From an uncultured Anaerolineaceae bacterium (GTDB lineage Bacteria > Chloroflexota > Limnocylindria > Limnocylindrales > CSP1-4): DNA of 64,000 bases. Positions 1 to 9,259 of the stretch are shown piece after piece (positions within the stretch are counted from its first letter, which is position 1; the number at the start of each line of letters is the position of its first letter). Made by a program: the position numbers and the translations under genes. Below the pieces are notes generated by a model. That model was not told the origin of the DNA. It searched no databases and saw nothing but the letters and a program-made list of their open reading frames with translations. The stretch is from positions 36,624 to 100,623 of the forward strand of contig CAZOHT010000010.1 in NCBI GenBank assembly GCA_964579825.1, read 5' to 3'.

Positions 1-264
1 GGCATGCCCGGCCCGCACCCGACGTTCCTGCAATTCCCGGCCGATCCGTTGCTGCGCGGCCAGCGGGTCCTGATCGTCGACGAGGTCTGGGACAGCGGCA
101 CGACGATCGCCGCCGTGACCGAGCGGGTCCGCCAGGCCGGCGGGCTCCCGACGACCGCGGTCCTCCACTACAAGCCGGCCCGGTCCACGGTGCCCGGTCG
201 TCCGGACGTCTACGCGGTCGAGACCGATCGCTGGGTGGTCTACCCGTTCAAGGCGGGCGGCTGA
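1..264 (+). CDS. phosphoribosyltransferase, C-terminal fragment (5' end lies left of the window)
   Basis: Frame is open from base 1. PRPP-binding loop VLIVDEVWDSGTT is typical of type I purine/xanthine-guanine PRTases. Stop at 262-264. Confidence 0.75.
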   Translation, partial: GMPGPHPTFLQFPADPLLRGQRVLIVDEVWDSGTTIAAVTERVRQAGGLPTTAVLHYKPARSTVPGRPDVYAVETDRWVVYPFKAGG

Positions 265-585
265 CCGACCGCGCACGGGGCGAGAAGCGGCGGTAACGCC
301 CCCCTGCCCGTCCCCGAGGTCCGATCTCTCTGGCCCTCTCGTCAGATGCTGTCCAGGCCAGCACGTGCCGTGCGGTTCTCGTCAGCTGAAGGCCCAGCCC
401 GTCATGTGACTGGCACAGGGCGGTCGGGAACCTTGTCGGGGCACGCACAGGCCATCCCTGGGTCGTCGGGTGGTGGCCCCACCAGCATCTGACCGAAAAC
501 CGCGCGGGCGAGGAGCCGCGGGCCACCGCCCCCGCCGCAGCTGACCGGAACCGCGTGTCGCGAGGACGCAGGCCGGCGATCAAGC

Positions 586-2196
586 TCAGGTTCGGCGGCC
601 CAGGGCCGCTTCGAACGGATCGAACGCCTCGGTGCGATCGGCGACCGCGTCCGCCCCGAGGGGCCCGCGTGGCGCCGCCGCTGCCGGCTCGCCCCCGAGC
701 GCGGACCAGCCCCGATCCGCCAGGCGCTCCAGCGTCGCCTCCGCGACCGCCAGCATCCCTTGGGCATGTGCCAGCGCGAGCCCCTCGAGCGGGGCGGACG
801 CGATGGCCTCGCGGACCTCGGCCGCGACCAGGATCCCGGCGCGCGTCTGACGGGCCAGGGCACCCGGGTCGCGACTCGCGAGCCGCAAGACGATCGCCAT
901 GTCGCCGCCATGTGCGAGGACGGCGGCCAGGATGTGCGGCCAGCGGGCGAGCGCGCCCGGTTCATCGGCATGCGGTCCGGATGGTTCGGCGATGCCGAGG
1001 GCCAGGTCCGGGAAGAGCGCCCGGCGGACGACGACCTCGGCGATCGATCGGGCGGCCGGAGACGGCTCATCGGTGATCCAGGCGGGCATGGCGCCCGCGA
1101 CGATCTGGCTCGCCGGCACGCCGGCCGCCCGGGCCAGGGCCACGGAGATCGCCTGGAGCGCCAGTGCGCGGCCAGAGCGCGTGGCGGCATCCGAGGGCAC
1201 GCCCGCTCGGAGGTCCGGGCCGACCACCAGCGGCCCCGCCCCGATCGTGACCATCGTGCCGGCGCGGCCGTGCAGCCGATGAGCGAACGCGTGGTCGGCG
1301 AGCGCGCGGTCCGGGTCCACGCCGTCCACGACGATCTCCCCCATCGGGTCGGACTCGACGAGATCGATCCGCTCGAAGGCCGCCACGACGGCGCTCTCAG
1401 GCGCCCACAGGGCCGGCGCACCCGTCGCCAGGCGGACGTAGGCGCGGCGTTCGGCGGCAGCCTGGTCCACGGCGCGGCGGAGCTCGGACAGGGCGCGCTG
1501 ACTGCCGGTCGGGGCAGCCTCGACGGGCTCCCCGCGACCCGCGACCCCCGCACGGTCCGCTCGAGCACTGGGTCGCCATTCGGGCACCTCGACGCCCGCG
1601 TCGGTCAGCCGGTCCGCCAGTTCGCGGCCGATCGGCACCTCGACCCGCAGCAGGTCCATCCCGGCGGCGATCAGGTCGGGCGCCACCTCGAGGGCGTCCG
1701 CGACATCCGATTCCAGGACCGTCGTCCCGACCCACGGCCTCGCCGCGTCGCCAAGGACGCCGATCGTCTCGAGTCGGACGGTGCGCTCGGCATCGATGCG
1801 CTCCACGGCGGCGCTGGCGAGCCGCGTGGCCTCCGCCTCGGCGACGGCGCGCCGGTCGGGGCGCCGCAGGAGCTCAGCTTCGAGAGCCAGGTCGACCGCC
1901 CCGGAGCTGATGTCCTGCGCGAGCTGGACCGGATCGAGGTCGTACTCGAGGAGCGCCATCGCGAACGGCAGCGCGATCCCCCCACCGAGCCCCCCGGGCA
2001 GGGTCGCCAGCCAGCGGTCGACGGTCGAACCCGCGAGCGGTCGGCCGGCGCGGTCCAGGCCGCTCACCCCGAAGAGCCGAAGGATCGCCCGCTCCTGGCC
2101 GGCACTCGTGGTCGCCCGGGCGCGGGCGCCCCACGAGCCGGCGAGGGTCTCGGCCAGGCCCAGCAGTCGATCGGTCTCGCCAAGCGGGGTCGTCAC
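586..2196 (-). CDS. lysine 5,6-aminomutase alpha-subunit-like (KamD-like) TIM-barrel family protein; function uncertain
   Basis: Long ORF with normal residue composition. The N-terminal segment ERAILRLFGVSGLD...LAQDISSGAVDL resembles the KamD N-terminus as I recall it. The track start (2283) would overlap dppA by 65 nt, so GTG at 2196 is preferred (TTG at 2205 is an alternative). Confidence 0.5.
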   Translation of the reverse strand: MTTPLGETDRLLGLAETLAGSWGARARATTSAGQERAILRLFGVSGLDRAGRPLAGSTVDRWLATLPGGLGGGIALPFAMALLEYDLDPVQLAQDISSGAVDLALEAELLRRPDRRAVAEAEATRLASAAVERIDAERTVRLETIGVLGDAARPWVGTTVLESDVADALEVAPDLIAAGMDLLRVEVPIGRELADRLTDAGVEVPEWRPSARADRAGVAGRGEPVEAAPTGSQRALSELRRAVDQAAAERRAYVRLATGAPALWAPESAVVAAFERIDLVESDPMGEIVVDGVDPDRALADHAFAHRLHGRAGTMVTIGAGPLVVGPDLRAGVPSDAATRSGRALALQAISVALARAAGVPASQIVAGAMPAWITDEPSPAARSIAEVVVRRALFPDLALGIAEPSGPHADEPGALARWPHILAAVLAHGGDMAIVLRLASRDPGALARQTRAGILVAAEVREAIASAPLEGLALAHAQGMLAVAEATLERLADRGWSALGGEPAAAAPRGPLGADAVADRTEAFDPFEAALGRRT

Positions 2197-2218
2197 GGGG
2201 GCCAAGTATGGACCGCCC

Positions 2219-3046
2219 TCAGTCCACCGTTCCAGCCAGACGATTGCCGGCCAGGAACGCCCGATAGGCCAGGACCGGGTCATCGAAGGAGAACCGGACG
2301 GTCCGCTCCCCCACTCGCTCCGAGCCCGGGACGAGCGCCGCGTAGTCGGCGTGGATCCCGACGGCGTAGTCGACCTCGATGACGGCCGGCGGCCCGACGC
2401 GCAGGACGTCCAGCTCGCCCGCAGCCGCTCGACGGACGGCGCGCTCCGATGCCGCCCGGATCAGATCGCCGGCGACCGTCGGGTGGAGCGAGGCCGCGCC
2501 GTGGTTGCCGGCGGCGTCCTTGACGACGACCCGTTCCGCCCATGGCAGCCAGCCGGCGACCTCCTCGGCCAGGGCGTCGTCCCCCGCGACCAGGCCGACC
2601 GGCACGCCCCAGCCACCCAGCACGAGCGCATTGAGGCCGTACTCGCCGGTCGGGCGCCCGTCCAGGCGCGTCTCGACGGGCCGGCCTGAGTAGGTGTGGG
2701 CGATCGTCCCGGTCGGATGGCCGGCCCGGGCGTGGTAGCCGATGAACAGGGCGACGTCCACGCCGGCGTCCGGGCCGGCGCCCTGGACCATCGACCAGAC
2801 CTTCTGGCCCTGGATGACCCGCGCCGCCGGGTGGAGCGCAGCCGGCAGCAGGTTGAACATCGAGCCGTGGCTGTCGTTGACGACGACCTCGGTGGCGCCG
2901 CCGGCCAACACGCCCTCGATGGCCGCGTTCGTCTCGCCGACCATCAGGTCCACCATCGCCGGGTAGCGGGCGTGGCCGGAGCCGGTGGGACCCGGGTGGT
3001 TGACGCCGGCGATGCCCTCCATGTCGACGCTGATCCAGGCTTTCAT
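2219..3046 (-). CDS. dppA: D-aminopeptidase, peptidase family M55 (DppA-like)
   Basis: N-terminus MKAWISVDMEGIAGV and the later NDSHGSM segment are hallmark M55/DppA motifs. Length 275 aa fits the family. Confidence 0.8.
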   Translation of the reverse strand: MKAWISVDMEGIAGVNHPGPTGSGHARYPAMVDLMVGETNAAIEGVLAGGATEVVVNDSHGSMFNLLPAALHPAARVIQGQKVWSMVQGAGPDAGVDVALFIGYHARAGHPTGTIAHTYSGRPVETRLDGRPTGEYGLNALVLGGWGVPVGLVAGDDALAEEVAGWLPWAERVVVKDAAGNHGAASLHPTVAGDLIRAASERAVRRAAAGELDVLRVGPPAVIEVDYAVGIHADYAALVPGSERVGERTVRFSFDDPVLAYRAFLAGNRLAGTVD

Positions 3047-3879
3047 GCGTCCCCCTCGGTGGAGCTGGAGGTGGTGGTGGCACCCGATGGGTCGGCCGGG
3101 TCGGGGCCCGTCCGCGCCTGGTGGCCGATCCAGACATGGCCGTCGGCGAACCGCTCGGCCTTCCAGATCGGCGCTCGCGCCTTGGTCTCATCGATCGCGT
3201 ACCGGGCGGCGCGGAACGCGTCGTCCCGATGCGCGGCGACCGCGACCACCGCGATGGACGCCGCCCCGAGCGGAACGTCGCCGGTCCGATGGACGATCGC
3301 CAGGCGGGTCACCCCGAACCGGTCGGCGATCTCGGTCGCGATGTCGTCGAGGACGCGGATCGCCATCGTGTCGTGCGCCTCGTATTCGAGGGCATCCACC
3401 GAGCGCCCGGCATGGCGGGCGGCCTCCGCTTCCTGGCCTGGAGCCGGCGTCCCGGGGCTCGAGCGGGTCCGCCCGAGGAAGCCGACGATCGCGCCGTCGC
3501 CGTCGGTGGCGAGGCGGTCGCCCAGCTCCCCGAGGATCCCGGCACCGAACGGGGCCTCGCGCAGTTCGAGGATCCGGAGCGGGCTGGTCCCGTCGGGCGC
3601 ATCGGCCGTGGCGTCCCCCGCAGGATCCGTGCCCGAGCCGCCGGACACCGGCGGGATCACGGCCAGTTCGTCGCCGTCGGCGAGCGCGTCGGCGGGGTCG
3701 GCGTAGTCCCCGTTCCGGGCGAACCGGACCGAGTCGCGACCGGGTGCCAGGACCGGGAATCGAGCCACGAGCCCCGACCAGCCATCGGCGACGGTCGCGT
3801 CATCGGCCAGCTCCAGGTCGACATGACGCTCCCCCACTTGCTCACGTTGGATGGCGAACAGACGGACGCGGACGTGCAC
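3043..3879 (-). CDS. fused molybdopterin synthase: MoaD-like sulfur carrier plus MoaE catalytic subunit
   Basis: The N-terminal part VHVRVRLFA...DELAVIPPVSGG has MoaD/ThiS shape with a Gly-Gly end. A linker follows, then a MoaE-like part (GAIVGFLGRTR...YEAH...ETKARAPIWKAE). GTG at 3879 is chosen because the track start lies inside the upstream OMT gene; ATG at 3909 is an alternative. The stop overlaps the dppA start (ATGA). Confidence 0.8.
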   Translation of the reverse strand: MHVRVRLFAIQREQVGERHVDLELADDATVADGWSGLVARFPVLAPGRDSVRFARNGDYADPADALADGDELAVIPPVSGGSGTDPAGDATADAPDGTSPLRILELREAPFGAGILGELGDRLATDGDGAIVGFLGRTRSSPGTPAPGQEAEAARHAGRSVDALEYEAHDTMAIRVLDDIATEIADRFGVTRLAIVHRTGDVPLGAASIAVVAVAAHRDDAFRAARYAIDETKARAPIWKAERFADGHVWIGHQARTGPDPADPSGATTTSSSTEGDA

Positions 3880-3896
3880 GACGGCTTCCCTCGGGC

Positions 3897-4562
3897 TCAG
3901 CCGCGCCATACGGCGACGAGCAGCCCGTCCCCGACCGGCAGGATCGTGGCGGTCATCCGCGGGTCGTTCAGCATCCCCGCATCGAACACCCGCAGCGCGT
4001 TGGTGTCCACGTCGTCCGGTGACGTGGGACTCACACCCGACACGCGACCGCTCCACAGGACGTTGTCCGCGACGATCAACGCGCCGGGGACCAGCCGATC
4101 CGCGACCGCCTCGACGTAGGCGCCGTACTCGTGCTTGAGGGCATCGATGAAGACGAGGTCGAACGGCCCGGCGAGCGCGGGGTCGTCGGCCTCGAAGGCG
4201 GCCAGGGCCCGCTGGTTGACGACGACGATCCGCTCGTCGGCGATGCCGGCTTCCCGCCACCAGCCCCGAGCGAGGTCGGTTCGCGCGCGATCCGGGTCCA
4301 GCGTCACGATCGTCCCGTCCGCTGGCTGCCCGAGCGCCATCCATAGCGTCGAATAGCCGTAGGCCGTCCCGAACTCCAGGACGCGCCGTCGGCCGGATGC
4401 CAGGACGGTCAGGGCGCGACCCGCGTCGCGGTCCACGATCGGCACGCCGAGCGGCTCGGCCGCGGCTTCGATGGCCGCCAGGGCGGGGATGACGGGCGGG
4501 GAGATCGACTCGATCCAGTCGAGATCGGCCGGTGTCGGGTACCAGGCTCGGTCGGTCCTCAT
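3897..4562 (-). CDS. class I SAM-dependent O-methyltransferase (family 3, caffeoyl-CoA OMT-like)
   Basis: VLEFGTAYGYS (SAM motif I), FDLVFIDALK and ADNVLW are typical of the family. ATG at 4562 leaves a 7-nt gap to the upstream stop at 4570. Confidence 0.8.
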   Translation of the reverse strand: MRTDRAWYPTPADLDWIESISPPVIPALAAIEAAAEPLGVPIVDRDAGRALTVLASGRRRVLEFGTAYGYSTLWMALGQPADGTIVTLDPDRARTDLARGWWREAGIADERIVVVNQRALAAFEADDPALAGPFDLVFIDALKHEYGAYVEAVADRLVPGALIVADNVLWSGRVSGVSPTSPDDVDTNALRVFDAGMLNDPRMTATILPVGDGLLVAVWRG

Positions 4563-4569
4563 CGCTCCC

Positions 4570-5412
4570 TCATACCAGCAGGCCGGCACCGAAGTAGAGA
4601 CCGGCGGCCACGATCGTCCCGGCGAGGATCGTGCCGACGTTGATGTAGTGGAGGCCCGTCGCGGACTCCATCGAACGGGTCTTGGCCGTCTGGATGGCCG
4701 CCCACGACACGATCACCGGGAAGATGAGGCCGACGATCAGGCGCAGCCAGACGAACAACGCGTAGGGGCCGGTCAGCGCCGAGAACGGGGCGACGTCGGC
4801 CGGGCCCGCACCAGTCCCGACCCACACCCAGAACAGGACGATCTGGGCGGCCACGACCGCGAACAGGGCCCGCGACAACAGGATGAGCGGCGCCTCCGGC
4901 AGCTTGGGCGTGACCAGGTACCAGTGGCCGAGGATCATCGCAACGAACACGCCGCCGGCGGAGGCCGTCACGACCGCGAGCTGGACGAGCAGGCCGCCGA
5001 TGCCGATCAGCGTCGTACCACCCCACGACAGGGCCCCGAACACGAGGGCGAGCAGTCCCGTCGCCAGGGCCACGAGCTCCACCCAGGCGCCGGCGGCCGG
5101 GCGCGCGCGTCGGACCACCAGCGCGAGCGCGACCAGACCGCAGAACGCCAGTAGCGCCGCGGCTCTCGGGCCGGCCCAGGCCGGATCACTCGTGACCGGA
5201 GAGTCGACCACGGCGACCGGCAGCGCGCCGTCCGACAGCCACGCCAGCAGGCCGAAGACCAGGGCGCTGGTCGCCGTGAAGGCGAGGAAGCCGCTCGTCG
5301 CCGATGTCCGTCGTCGAAGGAGCACGACGGCCGCGTAACTGCCGACGGCAAGGCCCGTGAGCACCGTCCAGTTGACGAACGGCAGGTTCTGGGCGATCTG
5401 CGTGGAGGGCAC
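4570..5412 (-). CDS. polytopic integral membrane protein, unknown function
   Basis: About 8 hydrophobic segments (e.g. LVALATGLLALVFGAL, LFVWLRLIVGLIFPVIV). Coding-like composition. No recognisable family motif. Confidence 0.65.
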   Translation of the reverse strand: MPSTQIAQNLPFVNWTVLTGLAVGSYAAVVLLRRRTSATSGFLAFTATSALVFGLLAWLSDGALPVAVVDSPVTSDPAWAGPRAAALLAFCGLVALALVVRRARPAAGAWVELVALATGLLALVFGALSWGGTTLIGIGGLLVQLAVVTASAGGVFVAMILGHWYLVTPKLPEAPLILLSRALFAVVAAQIVLFWVWVGTGAGPADVAPFSALTGPYALFVWLRLIVGLIFPVIVSWAAIQTAKTRSMESATGLHYINVGTILAGTIVAAGLYFGAGLLV

Positions 5413-5462
5413 GTCCCGAGTGTACCGGCGTCGGACTACGATGAGCCGGAGGAGGTGCCGAG

Positions 5463-6194
5463 TTGGCCATCGATCGCGACACGACGTTCACCTGGTACGG
5501 CCACGCCTGCGTGGAGGCCCGCACACCGGGCGGCAAGATCGTGCTGATGGACCCTTGGTTCGGCAACCCCCTGAGCCCGCGGTCGGCGGACGCCGTGGAC
5601 CGCTGCGATGTCCTCCTCGTCACCCACGGTCATGGCGACCACATGGGCGACGCCGTCGCTCTGGCCAGTCGCCTCCGACCCGCCTGGCCGTGTATCCACG
5701 AGATGAGCCTGTGGCTGGGACGGACCCTGCCCGGCGGCGGCGACGCGACGATCGGCATGAACAAGGGCGGGACGGTCGACGTCGCCGGCCTGAAGGTCAC
5801 GATGGTGAGCGCGGACCACTCGGCCGGCGACTGGAACGCCGACGGCGGCGTGCCGCTCTACCTGGGTGAGCCGGCGGGCTTCGTGGTCGAAGTCGAGAAC
5901 GGCTTCCGCTTCTATCACGCGGGCGACACCGGGGCCTTCGGCGACATGCGCCTCATCGCGGACCTGTACGCCCCGGACCTGGCGATCCTGCCGATCGGCG
6001 GCCACTACACGATGGGACCGCGCGAGGCGGCGTATGCCGTGGGTCTCCTGGGCGTGAGCCACGTGATGCCGATCCACTACGGGACGTTCCCGGCGCTGGC
6101 CGGGACACCTGACCAACTGCGGTCCGAACTGGCCGCCAGCGGCCTGGGTCACGTGGAGGTCCACGCGCCCCCGCCGGGTGGGACGTTCGGCTGA
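5463..6194 (+). CDS. metal-dependent hydrolase, MBL fold (UPF0173-like)
   Basis: VLLVTHGHGDHMGD (HxHxDH motif), FYHAGDTG and PIHYGTF. TTG start preceded by GGAGGAGG. Confidence 0.85.
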   Translation: MAIDRDTTFTWYGHACVEARTPGGKIVLMDPWFGNPLSPRSADAVDRCDVLLVTHGHGDHMGDAVALASRLRPAWPCIHEMSLWLGRTLPGGGDATIGMNKGGTVDVAGLKVTMVSADHSAGDWNADGGVPLYLGEPAGFVVEVENGFRFYHAGDTGAFGDMRLIADLYAPDLAILPIGGHYTMGPREAAYAVGLLGVSHVMPIHYGTFPALAGTPDQLRSELAASGLGHVEVHAPPPGGTFG

Positions 6195-6461
6195 TCTCCC
6201 AGCTCCCCACCTGAGCCTTCCATACCCCTCCGGTCCCCACCCCGGACTGGTGCGCCTCCGCACCATCTGTCGCGGATCGGACTGGCGCGAATGACCCGGA
6301 AGTACTACCGTCTAGCTCTCGGCACGTAGTACCGATGGACCACCGGTGGACACGCTTATTTGTGCCCCACCGACCGGTCACGTTCATCCATTCCAGGTCT
6401 TATCTCGCAGCAGGACTATCCCTCGCTGCAGGCGACCCAGGGGGCACCATTGCGCGATCTG

Positions 6462-7646
6462 TTGGCATCGTCCACACATCTCGCCGGCATCGACTCGTCC
6501 AGCGCGATCGGCCCGGCGGGACGCCCGAGCGGGCGCGAATCGACCGTCCTCGTGGTCGGTGGCGCCGGGTATGTCGGGTCCATCCTCGTGGCCCGACTGC
6601 TGGACTCCGGGTACGACGTCCTCGTGCTCGATCCACTGCTGTACAGCGGCGACTCGTTGGCGGCGGTCCTGGGCCGACCGGGCTTCGAACTCCATGTCGG
6701 CGACAGCCGCGACGAGGCGATCGTCCGGTCGCTGCTGAGTCGAGCCGGATCCGTGGTTCACCTGGGGGAGATCGTCGGCGATCCGGCGTGCGAACTCGAC
6801 CCGACGGTGACCGTGGCGGTCAACTACACCGCGTCGATCCGCCTGGCGGAGCTGGCCCAGCAGGCGGGCGTCGAGCGCTTCATCTACCCATCGTCCTGCA
6901 GCGTCTACGGCGCCACCGACGTGGTCGTCGATGAGCTCGGCGCACACAACCCGGTCTCGCTCTATGGTCGAGTCAAGTCCGCCTCCGAGGAACACATCCT
7001 CGACCTCAGGACGGACCGCTTCCACCCGACCGTCTTCCGCCTGGCCACCGTCTACGGCCTGTCTCCGCGCCCGCGCTTCGATCTCGTGGTGAACGTCCTC
7101 GCCGGGCGCGCCGCCGCGGATCGACGGATCGTGGTCCAGGGCGGCGGGCAGTGGCGACCGTTCGTCCACGTCGCCGATGCGGCATCGGTCCTGGCCGCGA
7201 CCCTCACCATGCCGCTCGAGCAGGTCTCAGGCGAGATCTTCAACCTCGGCTCCAATCTCCAGAACCACACGATCGCCGGCGTCGCAGAGCTCGTCCGCAA
7301 GCACGTCCCGGATGTCGCGATCGAAGTCACCGAGAGTGTCGATCCGCGCAACTACCGGGTCGATTTCGACAAGCTTGCGACGGTCTTCGGCTTCCAGCCC
7401 TCCCGTACCGTCGATGACGGGATCGCGGAGATCGTGCGAGCCGTCGACGACCGGCACATCGTGGACATCCGGGATGCCTTCCACAGCAACGTCCGGGCCC
7501 TGGTGGAGACCGACGCCCGTCACCGCCTCTGGCGAGAGGACCTGGCGGGACGCCCCGCTGACGCCTTCCGACCGCGCGATGTCGAGGTGCTGCAGCGGGT
7601 GATGCCGACGCGTCGTCTTCCGCTCCTCGAGGACGCCGTCACCTAG
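6462..7646 (+). CDS. NAD-dependent epimerase/dehydratase (extended SDR)
   Basis: Rossmann motif VLVVGGAGYVGS and catalytic SSCSVYG...YGRVK (YxxxK). Start is uncertain: in-frame candidates are TTG 6360, TTG 6462 and GTG 6552. 6462 keeps the Rossmann beta1 strand without a long non-family N-extension. Confidence 0.75.
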   Translation: MASSTHLAGIDSSSAIGPAGRPSGRESTVLVVGGAGYVGSILVARLLDSGYDVLVLDPLLYSGDSLAAVLGRPGFELHVGDSRDEAIVRSLLSRAGSVVHLGEIVGDPACELDPTVTVAVNYTASIRLAELAQQAGVERFIYPSSCSVYGATDVVVDELGAHNPVSLYGRVKSASEEHILDLRTDRFHPTVFRLATVYGLSPRPRFDLVVNVLAGRAAADRRIVVQGGGQWRPFVHVADAASVLAATLTMPLEQVSGEIFNLGSNLQNHTIAGVAELVRKHVPDVAIEVTESVDPRNYRVDFDKLATVFGFQPSRTVDDGIAEIVRAVDDRHIVDIRDAFHSNVRALVETDARHRLWREDLAGRPADAFRPRDVEVLQRVMPTRRLPLLEDAVT

Positions 7647-7817
7647 GATGCCCGTCCGCGAGTCGGCGCGGACCGGCACGCACCTCGGGATGGCCGTTCG
7701 AACCGTCGAGATCACGGTTCCACCTGCCCGGGTGGACCCATGACCTCTGGCTGACTGGAGCGCACCCTCCGCTATCGTATGCTGCAAGACGCCTCGACCA
7801 CCGCACAAGGGACTGGG

Positions 7818-8087
7818 ATGACATCAGAGACCGCATCTACCACTCGTGATCGGATCCGGGGGGTCATCACGGCCCATGGGCATCTGCCCGTGGATGTGAC
7901 GACCCTGGCCGATGACGCCGACCTGTTCCAGGCCGGCATGACCTCGCACGCGAGCGTCAATCTCATGCTCGGACTCGAGGCGGAGTTCGACATCGAGTTC
8001 CCGGATGCGATGCTCAAGCGAAGCGTCTTCCAGAGCGTGTCGGCCATCGCCGCCGCACTCGCTGAGCTTGGTGTCGACGCCGCATGA
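7818..8087 (+). CDS. acyl/peptidyl carrier protein (cognate carrier of the adjacent aa:CP ligase)
   Basis: 89 aa. DLFQAGMTSHASVNLM matches the carrier-protein phosphopantetheine-Ser helix II region. ATG at 7818 is preceded by AAGGGA. The stop overlaps the next start (ATGA). Confidence 0.8.
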   Translation: MTSETASTTRDRIRGVITAHGHLPVDVTTLADDADLFQAGMTSHASVNLMLGLEAEFDIEFPDAMLKRSVFQSVSAIAAALAELGVDAA

Positions 8088-9259
8088 GCGCCGCCCTCGA
8101 TCGCGAGCAGGCGTTCCTGGCGACCATCCGTCGGATCGCGGACGAGGTCGCGGCACCCAACGCGGACGACGTGGACCGCAACGCCCGCTTCCCGCAGGAG
8201 ACGATCGACGCGCTGAAGGCCGAACGGGCCCTGTCGGCCTGCATCCCCGAGGCGTATGACGGGGGTGGGATCTCGCTCGAGACGATCGCCGCGGCCTGCT
8301 TCGAGCTTGGTCGCCGGTGCGGCGCGAGCGCCATGGTCTTCGCCATGCACAACATCAAGGTGGCGTCCATCGTGCGACACGTGGACGACTCACCAGCCTT
8401 CCAGGCGTACCTGCGCGACGTCTCGCGCGAGCAGCGCCTCGTGGCGTCGGTGACGTCGGAGATCGGGACGGGCGGCGACATGGGTCGCTCCATCGCGGCC
8501 GTCACGCCCGATGTCGAGGGGCGGGCCACGTTCGAGAAACAGGCCCCGACCGTTTCCTATGCGGCCTACGCGGACGACCTCCTGACGACCCTTCGCCGAG
8601 CGCCGGATGCCGAGCCCGGCGACCAGGTCCTCGTGCTGACCCGGCGCGGCGAGTTCACCCTCGAGCAGACCGGCACGTGGGATCCGATGGGCATGCGCGG
8701 CACCTGCTCACCCGGCTATATCGTCCGCGGCGACATCCCCGTGGAGAACGTCATGCCCGTGCCGTTCTCGACCATCGGCCCGGAGTCGATGGTGCCCATC
8801 TCGCACATCCTCTGGTCGCATCTCTGGCTGGGCATCGCGACCGACGCGTTCGATCGTGCCCGCGCGTTCGTCCGGGCCAGTGCGCGGAACCGGCCGGACG
8901 TGATCCCGCCGACCGCCGCGCGGCTGTCGCAGCTCATGAGCGAGTTGTCGCTCCTGCGCGCCGAGGTCTCGACCGGGCTCCGCGACTGGACGGACGCCAA
9001 CGCCGGCGGCGATCGGGAGTCGCTGACGACGATGGCGATGATCCTGCGCTTCAACAACCTGAAGATCGCGGCATCGGACCAGGCGCCGCGGGTGTGCCAG
9101 GGGGCGATGAGCGTGTGCGGCATCGTCGGCTACAAGAACGACACGCCATACAGCGTGGGCCGGCACCTGCGCGACAGCATGTCGGCGTGCCTCATGGTCG
9201 CCAACGAGCGGATCCACCAGACGAACGCCAGCCTGCTGTTGATCGCCAAGGACGTCTAA
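8084..9259 (+). CDS. acyl-CoA dehydrogenase family flavoprotein (probably acts on carrier-protein-bound substrate)
   Basis: ACAD-like layout over 391 aa (TSEIGTGGDM, WDPMGMRGT, C-terminal helical domain). Translationally coupled on both sides. Confidence 0.75.
   Translation: MSAALDREQAFLATIRRIADEVAAPNADDVDRNARFPQETIDALKAERALSACIPEAYDGGGISLETIAAACFELGRRCGASAMVFAMHNIKVASIVRHVDDSPAFQAYLRDVSREQRLVASVTSEIGTGGDMGRSIAAVTPDVEGRATFEKQAPTVSYAAYADDLLTTLRRAPDAEPGDQVLVLTRRGEFTLEQTGTWDPMGMRGTCSPGYIVRGDIPVENVMPVPFSTIGPESMVPISHILWSHLWLGIATDAFDRARAFVRASARNRPDVIPPTAARLSQLMSELSLLRAEVSTGLRDWTDANAGGDRESLTTMAMILRFNNLKIAASDQAPRVCQGAMSVCGIVGYKNDTPYSVGRHLRDSMSACLMVANERIHQTNASLLLIAKDV

Noticed and set aside
265-585. 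320-nt spacer between convergent genes considered as an ncRNA locus
   Set aside because: It contains some hairpins (e.g. GGTGG-TGGCC-CCACC), but I could not match it to SRP RNA, 6S, tmRNA, RNase P or any riboswitch by eye. The evidence is insufficient to call a feature.
402-1568. 388-aa minus-strand ORF and other overlapping ORFs in 248-2689
   Set aside because: These are alternative frames of the KamD-like gene region. They are extreme in Arg/Pro/Ser content and lack a coherent domain.
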